Assembly (NCBI GenBank): GCA_028023455.1 | Contig: JAQFVV010000003.1 | Span: forward strand, 22,072,001-22,136,000 | Reading direction: 5' to 3' | Length of the DNA stretch: 64,000 bases | Source of the DNA: Epiperipatus broadwayi | Taxonomy: Eukaryota > Animalia > Onychophora | Shown: positions 52,834 to 64,000 of the stretch, in pieces | Layout of the letters: every line of letters begins with the position of its first letter | Position numbering within the stretch: the stretch's first letter is position 1 | Position numbers and translations under genes: made by a program | The notes under the pieces: generated by a model | What the model saw: only the letters and a program-made list of their open reading frames with translations | Database searches by the model: none | What the model was told of the DNA's origin: nothing

Positions 52834-54239
52834 AAAAGACATTAGAAAAATGGAAATTATTCCTACAATATGTTTTGATCAAAATCAATACCATTAAAGT
52901 GGCTTTTGGCTAGCATCAACTATTGTTCCCAATTAAACAATGGTGTTTTGAAAATACAGCCAGTAATTAAAATTGATAAAAATAATAAGCATATGATGAA
53001 TTATTTTTAAAAAATTTGCAAATAAACATACATAGTAAAAGTTTGAATTCAGTTCTTTATCAAATTTATAATAATTATTACTTTATGAGTACATTCTATA
53101 TTGAAAGATTTGGGTAAAGTTTTATGATGCATATTAATTCTAAAATTATATTGTAATTAAAAAATCATCAAATATACACTGTTAGAGTCTGTGAAAATAA
53201 ATGATTATCAATGGAATTTATTAGTAAAGAAACAATAAACTTATAAATGAAAAAAAATGCTTGTAAATGTTTACCATATTAACTTAAAAACACTTTACAA
53301 AAGTGTTACAGATGTAAGCTTTGCGCTCACATACACATAGTGCTCTTAATTATTGATTAGCAATTTATGATACTCCCTAGAATTATATATGAAGAAAGAA
53401 ATCTATTCCTGATTTAATTCCAGGGATTCTTTCAGTTACAGAGACTAAAATGCAGTAATAGCAACCAATATGTTCGAATAGCCACTTTTAAAAGTGTGTA
53501 GATCTTGATAATAGAAGTTCATCTAGTCAATGAGATATTTCTAAAAAACCTTAATTGTAGTCTGGCTGCCAATGAGATGATTTAAAATTCTGAGATGCTC
53601 TGAAAGAACCACAGTTACTTTTGTTTGGCCAATAAATGAATAAATAAAATAAAATGGTTGAGTTTATAAAAATTTCAAGCTCTGGAAATGAAAGTGCATG
53701 ACCATGATCCATTCACTTTGAACTCGTACCACTTCACCAAATCACAAAGATAGGGGTAGGTATTTCATATATAAACTTTTTGGGTGGTTGAATAACTAAG
53801 ATGTTTTAAGCATAACTAATACAAATTGTATTATATATATTGTTTATTTTTGATGTGTTATCATGTGTATACTGCCAATTTTAAAGAACTGAAAGATTCA
53901 TATTTCTAGTCTCCTAAGATTACAAATTATATAGGAGAATTTAAAGTGAATTTTCAAAATTTGATATAAATGATTAAAAACAGATTGATGGCTCAGTGCA
54001 AAATATTTGGTCAGAAAAAGATCTTGAATAAGTACCCAAAAGTTTGCAACTATGTTATATTAACCATGAGTCCTAAGATAGCATTCCTAATCTGGACTTC
54101 CATGCCAGGCATATTTTAAATATATAGCTGACTGTTAAATAGCATCATTATTAACATAGTGTTAATAAAAATGAACTGATATCTTTGAATGTCACTTTGA
54201 CGTGTTAATAATTTTTATTAGTTATTCATTAGACTAGAG

Positions 54240-54478
54240 ATTATCCAATACTGAATATTTCTGTAGTGTAATTTCCACTACACCATTCTCGCGCACGGTA
54301 GGGGAGACTGTTTTCTATCCGCTTTCAGCATCTTGTGGAGGAATGTAACCATAATCATATGACCAAAGACATGTTCACAAGATGTTGAAAGTGGATAGAA
54401 ATCAGTCCCTACCTTGCATTAGAATGGTGTAGTGAAAATTACACTACAAAAATATTCATTTTATTGTGATCTGGATAA
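54240..54478. mobile_element. Foldback MITE
   Basis: ~90-bp arms (tgaatatttctgtagtgtaatttccactacaccattct... / ...agaatggtgtagtgaaaattacactacaaaaatattca) around a short spacer. Confidence 0.8.
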
Positions 54479-56520
54479 GATGGTGGTTGTGATAAAAAAG
54501 AAATCTCACAAAAAGATTTTCTTACATTAAAATTTAAAAATAAAAAATTTAAAAGTCAAATTTAAATTATATGACAATCATAATTTTTTAAAAAAAAAAA
54601 TAGAATTTATATAGAAATTAAATAAACTTAACAACTTGATAGTTTTACATAAGAAGTATTGTTTTCTTTTTGTATTTTAAGAAGTATTGTTTATCAATCT
54701 TTTTTAAAAAAAATACATATATTATCTTTAAAAAAAATTTTTTTTAATTAAAAAAAAAGATATTTAAATCACTATTTTTTTAACATAGTAAAAAAATTCG
54801 ATTTATATTTTTTCCTACTACATAACTAGTTCTGTTAATATTTTTTTTTAGTATACTCAAATTATAACGAATTAGCACTATTTGATCCTTAATATATTTT
54901 TAAAAAAAAAAAAATCTGCAAAAGAAAGTAAATAAAAAGATAAATTTTGAAAAAACCTTGGCACAAAAACTTAGTGAAAAATCTGTCAACACCTGGTTTT
55001 AAATCACGAAGAACTAAACACTCACTCAGCTATAAAATGAATCGAGAAAAAAATCACCAAGGTTATATAGAGGTCATGGGTGATAGCAAGGTTCAGTAAA
55101 ATAATTTGAACTTGTTAAACGTTTTAAATTTTACTCAAGCTACATAATCTTTTTTTTTTTTAATAAAAAGTCTAAACTATAGAATGCAACGACGATGCTA
55201 ATGAACATACAGATTAACACTATATGTGCGTGAAAGTGAGAGTATGCATACATTAAATGTTTACAATAAACGAAACAAGATCTTGGACCAATTATTTTCA
55301 ACCAATTGAAGGTTAGTTGCAGACCATATAGTTTTGATTCCAATTTTAAAAATGTTAATACTGTTAAAATGCTGGAGAACAAACTAATTTTGCTATAAAA
55401 AGTATTTAACTTTTAAGATATATTAATTAAATGTAATGACTAGTTAAGGAGATCAAGATAAGTTTGAGCACCAAGTGGTAGATTGCATATGGTTAGGTGG
55501 TAATTCAGTTATGACAATGAACACACATGTGACAGGCTTTGTGTGGTTGAGAGCTTGAGAAGTCATGATTCTTTCAGCAGTCACATCACACATTAATCAG
55601 AACAGTTTCATTTTATTGTCCAAACAAATTTTTTTATATTCAATGCTATATTGCATAGAATTCCTTTAAATTAACAGACTCAAGAATTTATACTTGGTAC
55701 AATAATTGGCAATTAAAGCCCTCAATACTACATAATTCTCTACTGCAGTCCAATATAAAATTTAATTTATTAAATGGCATTTTCTCTATTAAAATTATCT
55801 TAAATAAACTGGTTCCACAATATATTTTTTATCATAATAATGAAAAATATTTCCATCACTTAATTAAAAGCTGTTTGGGTTTCACATCTTTAGAATAGCC
55901 ATTTTTAAGTTTGATAAACATCCAAATTAATTCTAAGTTCAGCTGGAAAAAGGGTGCAATTTATTAGCCTTAACTGTTGTATCTTTAGAAATTCAACATC
56001 AGTGTTTTCTTTCAAATTGCAGATTGCAAAAAGATTAAAAGATTCTCAATGTAACAATTTTATTGTAATTAGCATCAAAATTTTGATGTATAATTAAACT
56101 TATTTTTGTGCTACATCAATCTACTATTCGTCAACAACTTCATTTTCTTTTATATTTTACTTTATCATTATCTTCTACTTCTGCACTTAATATCTACCTC
56201 AATAATGCCTATCAAATATTGCAAGTTCATTGACTCAAATAAAACTGCATCATTTTCTAAGTTTCCTCCATTTCATTTCAAACCTTGTGTATGATTTACC
56301 AAATCTTGAAATTGCTACTCTTTAAAAATTACATACCAAAAATATAAACAAAAGTTTTTTGATGCAGTGCATGCATTCAGTCCATTTTCTTTTAAGAAAC
56401 ACATCCCATCTGCTTTCCATGCTTACAACATGAGTTTGAAGCAAGCAGAGTGAACTTGAGATTTTTTTTTGATAGATTTAGGATTTTTCTTTGAGGTAGC
56501 CAATCAACAGCCAAACTGCC

Positions 56521-56894
56521 TTAATATTGTTTGTAATTGTAAATTAGCGATCAGGCTAATGCACATTCCCTATTACAGATTTTAAACTATACACAAATGA
56601 ATACTCTCATTTTCAAACACAAGATAATGAATGAATCATCTATCTTTTCAACCCAAATATTTAAGTATGGGCCAATCTTAGGTATTTGGAGATGAGAGCG
56701 TGAAGATATTAAGCAATTACTTTAAATTACTTTATTATGCTTGAATGAATGATGCTTGCAAAATTATTTAAAATTTACTATACGTCATTCTTATCTTGTG
56801 TTTGAGAATGAGAGTATTCATTTGCATATAATTTAAAATTTGTAAAGTGTATGTGCATTAGCCTGATCGCTAATTTACAATTACAACATATTAA
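56521..56894. mobile_element. MITE with ~110-bp TIRs, bounded by TTAA
   Basis: tgtaattgtaaattagcgatcaggctaatgcaca and its exact reverse complement; TTAA at 56521-56524 and 56891-56894. Confidence 0.8.
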
Positions 56895-57519
56895 CATAGC
56901 GCTATATAAATAAATACCTTAATATTGTTTGGTAAAAGGATAGCTAGTTATTTTTTAGCTAGAGATAAAATGTTAAAAAATCATTCAATTATCACCATCC
57001 AGTAATAAATAAGGCCTTCATTCTATTGATCCTCTATACAATTGGAAGGGGGCTATCAGAGACACTTTTGCCTTGCAGAGAGATATTTAAAGACTTATTT
57101 TTTATCTAAAGTAAAACAAGAAAAAAAACCTTAACAGTTTATAACTGCTGGTGAGCAATGGAATTTAGTGTAACCACTGTTGAAATTATATAAACTTTGT
57201 TGTTGATTTCATTTAGCCTAAACTAGCAGTTGCTAACCTGTGAATATGACTATATAAGCAACATTTAATGACCCATGACTTTAACATGAAAAAAAAAATT
57301 TATCAGTGATATAAAAACTATTATTAAATTTATTATATTAAATATATCATTTATTTGCTATAACTTAACATTATTAAAATTAAATAGAATAAGCAAATTT
57401 ATGTTGTTTCATTCAAACAGCTATTAGCTCACTTTATGTGTTGTATTAATGTATAATTACAATTAGTACAGTCACATTTTAAATTTGAGTAAATTTTAAA
57501 ACATTAATGATTACAAATA

Positions 57520-58405
57520 GTCAACAAACAAAAAATCAGTCATATATCAATATATCACATGACTCAATTTTTAAGTTTGTAAATAAAAAACAAAGAGCTC
57601 TGCTAATTTGCTCCAACAAGCTTTGTTGATAAATGCCAGCTAAACAAAGCATTTAAAAATCTCTATCATGAAAACCACTCCTTAGCCTCAGACCAATGGC
57701 TTCATGCTTTCGCACTCCTCAGTGAGGCACTAGGGTAGTTTCAGACACTAGATTACCTGTGCTAATTGTTCTAACAAGCTTTATTGAAAAATGCTACAAA
57801 AAGAAAGCAATAAAAAAAATCTCTATCTAGCAACCACACTCAGTCCTCAGACCAATGGTTTCATGCTTTGGCACTCCTCAGTGAGGCACTAAGGTAGTTT
57901 CAGATACTAGATTTAAAAATACCAACTTAAAGCCAGCATTTATCTAAAAGTTAATTATTAAGCAGAAAAACTGTAATTTTTAGACACCTATATGTCTTCA
58001 AACCAAGCTATCTAACTTAAATAGTCTTAAGCGATGTTATATTGCTAAGATTAATAATATATGGTTTGGCTGAAAATCCTTCAGCCCCATATAGCTATTT
58101 AAGTTAGATAGCTGGATTTGAAGAAATGTAGGTGTCTAAAAATCTGTTTTTCTACTTAATAGTTAACTTTTAGATAAATGCTGGCTTTAGAATTAGTGTC
58201 TGAAACTATCCTAGCGCCTCATTGAGTAGTGCCAAAGGATGAAACCAGTGGTCTGAGTATTGGTGTTTCTATATAGAGATTTTTAAATGCTTTCTTTTGT
58301 GTCATTAATCAATAAAGCTTGTTAGAGCAATTAGCACAGCTCATTTTTATTTACAAGATTAAAAAGTTTGGTCGTGTGATGTATGACTTTGTGTTTTTTT
58401 CTTGA
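57520..58405. mobile_element. Foldback element with long modular TIRs
   Basis: Arms pair over most of their length. The left arm carries a ~155-bp module twice (~57600-57755 and ~57760-57912); the right arm carries it once. Confidence 0.8.
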
Positions 58406-58504
58406 TTAATGGTTACATAGTTTAAAGACTGTTTAAAATTATGCAATATTTTTAATTAAAATTGAATGATGTAAATGCCAGAGAATTCAGAAGAAATTTG
58501 AATA

Positions 58505-58575
58505 CTGGAAGTAACAGATTTGGCCACAATCAATGGATCGGATCTTGGTTTTCAGAGTTTTATTCTACCACTGCA
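58505..58575 (-). mobile_element. Degenerate tRNA-derived SINE-like repeat (family 2)
   Basis: Reverse complement begins tgcagtggtagaat and matches 17781-17850. Confidence 0.4.
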
Positions 58576-59939
58576 CTTTTTCATTACATTTTGTATAAAA
58601 TCTATGTACAATCCTACCAAAGAATCCCCTTCCTCATAAACCTAATTTGGTAAATGACTCAAGGTTAGGAACCTTGATCTATATAATAATAAAATTTAAA
58701 TAAAACTTCAAATTGTTTATTCTTAAATTTTATAACTTTATATAACTAAACATTTGGCAGAATGGTGAGCAGTAAAATTTTAAAGATTCTTACATTGCTT
58801 CTCAGCTACTAAAATAAAACATAATTGGTCAAATGAACTAAACTGGTATGCTTAATCTCCATTAGACTGCTCAAATGTCACAAGATCTCCTGAGTAACTA
58901 ATGATATTATTGAGTTCTTAATATTCAAATTTGTTGTTTTAATTAAAGTAATCTATGCAAATAACTTTGGTTAAACTTTTATTCCTTTCAGTTGCTTTTA
59001 AATAGCCAACTTTATTCAAAACTTTTGACTATAGACAATTGCTTGGGAAAAGTCAAAAACATTTTAGAAACAAAATTAAAAAAGGATATAAAGTACAAGA
59101 GAATCTGGAGTATTATTTATTATACATTATAGCATAGTATTTTAGACAACTTGTGGGTCAGCATAATTAATCCCAGGAAATTTGAAGATTAGATCTTACT
59201 GTTAGCTCCAACATATTACACTTTTAGTTTTAGAAGCAACTTTATTCAAGGAAATATATATAAACAGATATTTCAGTTTAAACGAAAAAATATATTATAC
59301 AAAACTAATCAAAGAATACTACTATGAGTATTTTCAATAGCATTCAGTGAATTATACTATTAAGAACACTAACAATAAAATAGAAAACAGAAAATACATC
59401 TCACTAGAGATAAGAGAACTGATGGACAAGTGATCAAGTGGCTGTGAAAAAGTCTGATGGGGTGGGTTTTTATTTCTTTGTTTTATTGCCTTTAATTTGT
59501 TTTTAAAAGTATTAAAATTTGTTGCATCGTTATTATAAAGATAAATGCACCTTGTGCACCATAATGCATATAGTATAAATGTACTTATTTCTGAAAAAAA
59601 AAGGCATTTGGAAAAGACTATAATTGAACTTACAGTGGCATTCTTTTTCTGATAAATTTTTGTAATATAAGATCGAGTGTATTGTAGGCTACTACACTCA
59701 AAGAAAACATGTTTTTGGTTCTCTTCTGATCAATTGCACAACTCACATATAGTATTAATGTGTAAGTATGTTTCTCATGTCATGAAATATAATGTTGATA
59801 ATGACCACATTTTGATTAGAAAATCAAAAAGTTTGGGCTCGAGTCCAATATTTAAATCTACATATTAACTGACCATTAAAGCCTAGAATTGACAAGTCTA
59901 AGTTATAATTTGTGTTTGTGTGCAAAAGTACATATTCCA

Positions 59940-60850
59940 GTAGTGCCATTTGTCTTCTGGGAAAGTTATGTTAGGATTAAATATTGAATTAATAGATTCA
60001 AGATTGTATGTAGGTATTTTGTGTATAGAGGTTTGTTTGTGTTATTTTAAGAGTGACTTTTAAATGTGGGTATATTCTTGTCATGGATAATATAAGATTA
60101 ATAGTTTTTTGTATTGTAAATACATGAATAGAATGTAGTCCTAATCCATTTAGGTTGTTACAATACTGCATTTGCATGAGTAGGATAGCCACTATTTTTA
60201 TTCCCCGTAAGTTTTCTATACATTGTATAAATCTTTGATATAACTAATTTTGTGAAGACTATCATCAGTGTACAATAAGTAATTTTTGTAATAATCAGCA
60301 TGTTTATAAGTGATACTTTTGAGTATAGAGAAAAATATGCTTTTGAAAAGGTGGATATGGTCTATTCTGTTGTTGAAATAGTTTGTTTTGTATTTGCCTC
60401 CGCATAGCCATGTAACTCAAGAAAAAAGGGGAATCCTAAATAGACTGTAAGTTTATCCTGAAATACATTTTTATGCATTTTGCCTGTATATAGGCACCAT
60501 GCACATTTTATCAAGGTTAAATTCTAGTTTATAAGTGCAAGTGTATTCATGTAATATATCAGTTATGTTTGCATTTGGTTTTTTTTGTTAGAAAAACTAT
60601 TATATCATCCATGTAAGCTATGCAGATTACATTATGATCAAGTGTAGATATATAGATCCCTAGGAGCCATTTTTCAATGTTATTAAGTAGTGGATTTATG
60701 TGTGTGGAGAATACCAATGCACTATGTGGGGACCCTTGTGGAACTGATTGATGTGGATTAAAAGAAAGAGACATTTCTCGATTTAGAGTTATGTATATTT
60801 CTCTATTTATTAGTAAGTTTGTGAGCAAATATAATATCGATTTTGGCATT
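59940..60850 (-). mobile_element. Tx1/L1-clade LINE RT fragment
   Basis: ORF 60559-60849 reads SVPQGSPHSALVF...INPLL...AYMDDIIVFL (QG-x-P-L-S and Y-x-D-D motifs). Confidence 0.85.
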
Positions 60851-61099
60851 GTTGTTTTTTTTTTCTATTGTTTTATGAGTACATCAATTAGTACTGAATC
60901 AAAACACACTTTTAGTGGCTAATTTAAATACTTTTTTTTTTTCAATTAATTAACTGAAAGGCATTTTATTCCTTTAGTATAATTATTAAAACTAACCCCT
61001 ATAAACTTAAGATAATAAACTAATAAATTATTAGATGAGAAATTGTTGGCAAGGCTGGACATCACATATCTAAATAATAAATATAGACTAGATAATTGG

Positions 61100-62200
61100 A
61101 AGAACACTGCTTTCAATATTTAAAAAAGGTGAAAAATAATATTAAAAATAATAGATCGATCTTTTGTAATACTATTAGACATAATTTGCATAGAACTTTG
61201 AACTCAAGACAACTAATAAACAAGCTAAATGTAAAAGTAAAAAACAAGTTGAATGTAAAAGTAATTATTTAGATCTAAATTTTAAATCATAGAAAGAACT
61301 GACGAATATGAGTTGTTATTTTGTGTTGGATTTGTAGATTTTGAAAAAACATGTGACTCTATAAGCATTTCCATAGTAATTAAACCTGTGAGCCATAAAG
61401 ATATTCATAATGAATATTGTCAAAATGTCAATCATATTTATTAAAATACAATTTTCATAAGGGTGTAGAAGATGATGATTCCATCTCTCCAATACTTTTA
61501 CAGTAGTTTTGTTAAAAGTATTTTATAAGTAAAAGTGTGAAACTAAAGAAATAACATTATATAAAGATTACTAAAATCATGCATACTTTACAGATGTGAT
61601 TGTTATAAAATAATCTCCATGATTTCAATAGAGATTACAAAATCTGTCATATGAAAACAAAAAAGTAGGACTATAAAATAATAACTAAATGATTATAAAG
61701 TAACGTGTAATGGCTTTTTCAAAAAATTAAAAAACTGATAATTATGAATTAGAAATTAATAACTATAGATATCTTTATATTTGATTATTAATATAGACTG
61801 AAGCATAACAGATAAAATTAATTATAGAATTAGAATTGTTTGGAGCATTTTTGGTAAAAATAATTTAATAATAAAATATTGAATATTTGCAGTGTTTATT
61901 TATGCATTTGAAACTTAAAAAGTGATGTGCAAAAACTGCAAAGCTCTATGTGTATTGGGCTTAAAAGAGAAATTTTTGGATGAGATAATAGATAGCATTG
62001 AAAGAATTAAGAAACTGAAATGAAATTTAACAGGAAATATTTTTACAAGGAATGACAATAAATGGGAGATTAGTAACCAAAAGATAGGAAAAGACTAAAA
62101 AAAGGTAATATATGATGTAGAGAAGCTGTGAATCAAGAAACTGTATAAAGCTTGGAGAAATTGAAATGATGCTGATAAATGGAATTATCATGGTGTTATA
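61100..62200 (+). mobile_element. Heavily decayed RTE LINE RT region
   Basis: FVDFEKTCDSI (compare FIDFEKAFDSV) and AYFTDVIVI (compare FADDIV) remnants. Confidence 0.65.
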
Positions 62201-62799
62201 TAATGAACGTGCTAATAGCTCTTAACAAACTCATGTAATATATAACTTGATTTCCTTGCAATTATCAAGATATTATATATTCACTTAGTCATATACTACC
62301 TTAGATTAAAAAATTAAATATATGAATTTTGGTTTCTCGTATTCCTTAAAATAATGGTATAAATTTAGTAATTTACTACGTTTTAAAAACAATAATAAAA
62401 ATATGTATCTTTACAGAAGATAGATCTTACAGGCAAATGACATGTCAAATCTCAAACATAAAAAAAAAATTTGTTGAACATTCCAAATATTTATTAAATA
62501 AGTACAATGTTTACAATGACAATTATGAATATATGATAAATTAAAAGAGGAAAGTAGAATTACAAATATAAAGGATTAGTATGTGTACCTGAGGATAAAT
62601 AAATGTAAGATAGTAATATTGTGAGCAAGAGTTAAACCTGAATACCCGGTCTATTATGAACACACAAGTAAGCCAATTAAACTCAACCCATCTCACCCAG
62701 ACAAATTACCTCACCCTACCAAGAGTCACTTAGTCAATCTAGAGTTCAGTCAGATCTCTGTCGAAAAAACTCTGTCACTGTGGATGCTTAGGTATTGTA

Positions 62800-63700
62800 T
62801 GCTAAAATCTGATGAGTTCAGTTTATTATTATCCATTTTGATAACATAAAAATCCGACCTTATAATTATTTAAAAAAAACCACTTTCAGCGATATCTTAG
62901 ACAGAAGAAACAAAGAGTTTCACCAGCAATCATCCTTTCAATGTAATCAGTGTCCATGTTTCCTCATATAATACTTTTGGAACTAGAAGCATGTCACAGT
63001 TTTTAAATTTTATAAGTCTATTCAGAAAAAAATTTTCATCTTGAACTGCACCGGGATTGAAAATCATTTTACGGGTAGACCAGAATGCATAATTAATGAA
63101 TAATAAAAGCCTAATAGTTGGGATGGATCTTTCTTAATACTATCCTTAAGAAAAGTAACAAGGTAAAAATTCCCTTTAAGATTATCAGCGATAATCCTTC
63201 TAGACCTCCAGAGTCCAGGGCACAAGCGAACCAGATGGTCAAAAGTTTCATCATGAGTCTGGCAGAGGGGACAGATGGGGTCAATTTTGTTGATGCCTCA
63301 CCTATAGAAGAGAAACCGATTAATGCTAATGGCATTCAAATTTATCTTAATGGTGAAATCAACGTATTTCGGTTCCATAGCCCAGCACCTGAAGAGGAAG
63401 ATGATCTTATTGTTGGTCAGGGCAAGGAGTGGTGTTATGGGAATTGTGACGGTGAATGAGACTATGAGCTTGCCAAATATTAATCCTGTTATCAAACGTA
63501 TCATTTGTGATTACCATGTAGCTTTTGATCAAATCAATCACAACATCAAGGAAGTCCTTGACTCTAGGAGGAGGTCTATCCGTCGGGATTACTGGTAAAA
63601 TGACTTGCTCATATCCAAATGATTTGATAAACATTGTGATAAAATTAAATATCTTTTGAAGATGAATGGCTTGAATAGCATAATAAGAAAGTCCATTATA
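62800..63700 (-). mobile_element. Tx1/L1-clade LINE ORF2 C-terminus (CCHC zinc knuckle)
   Basis: Minus strand reads DPICPLCQTHDETFDHLVRLCP at ~63200-63280, then AFWSTRKMIF. Confidence 0.8.
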
Positions 63701-63902
63701 CTTTCAGTGTAGTTGCATCCTGTTAATGCTAATTGCAACAACTTTACCACCCCAGAAAAGTCGGGTTAGCAAGAGAATTCATTTTATTGATAAACAAAGC
63801 AAAACTCTCCATACAGTATTGCTACCTGTGCTAAACAGAGTAATCAATGGATGCCAGAAGGCTTGTGCATAAAATCCCTATATAATGCCTACTCATCCAA
63901 TA

Positions 63903-63944
63903 TCCCCAGACTAGTTTCTGGCTTGTGGCCTTCGTCAGTGAGGA
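63903..63944 (-). ncRNA. Minimal type I hammerhead ribozyme motif (Penelope pLTR type)
   Basis: UCCUCA CUGACGA A GGC cacaa GCC A GAAA CUAG UC UGGGGA: 6-bp stem I, CUGANGA core, 3-bp stem II, GAAA, palindromic ACUAGU helix III and a GUC cleavage triplet. Confidence 0.7.
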
Positions 63945-64000
63945 GCTTTGGATCTGAGTTAAGTAGAGATAAAAGATGGTTGCTAGAGGGTTGCATTAGA

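Noticed and set aside
4628-62000. Remaining short ORFs in the track, rich in F, I, L, Y, K and N
   Set aside because: Their composition is what chance ORFs in very AT-rich DNA give. They have no motifs or consistent splice sites, or they lie inside repeats.
63118-63598. Plus-strand ORFs of 113 aa and 91 aa as novel or viral genes
   Set aside because: They are antisense shadows of the minus-strand Tx1/L1 ORF2 C-terminus (CPLC...ETFDHL...C).

Overview
AT-rich, CpG-depleted animal genomic DNA, most consistent with an arthropod. There is no prokaryotic content and no CRISPR array. The window is dominated by one minus-strand, multi-exon gene spanning more than 41 kb that encodes a Cu/Zn-SOD-fold repeat protein (Rsod / copper-only SOD repeat protein type). 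Six coding exons join in frame through canonical GT-AG sites: 49759-49561, 40541-38450, 32456-32370, 17211-17089, 11390-11243 and 9148-9022. A probable signal-peptide exon (50247-50171) is one base out of frame, and the 3' end was not found. The protein has six SOD-fold domains arranged as three A-B pairs, and only domain 5 keeps a full copper-only active site. Introns and flanks are packed with mobile DNA: several RTE LINEs, Tx1/L1-like fragments, a decayed Ty3/gypsy element with two nested insertions, hAT, Tc1/pogo and Merlin-like non-autonomous elements with readable TIRs and TSDs, an inverted pair of Penelope-like ends with GIY-YIG and hammerhead remnants, tRNA-derived SINEs, foldback elements, and a near-intact hammerhead ribozyme at the right edge. 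All coordinates were counted by hand, so boundaries of degenerate repeats are approximate.
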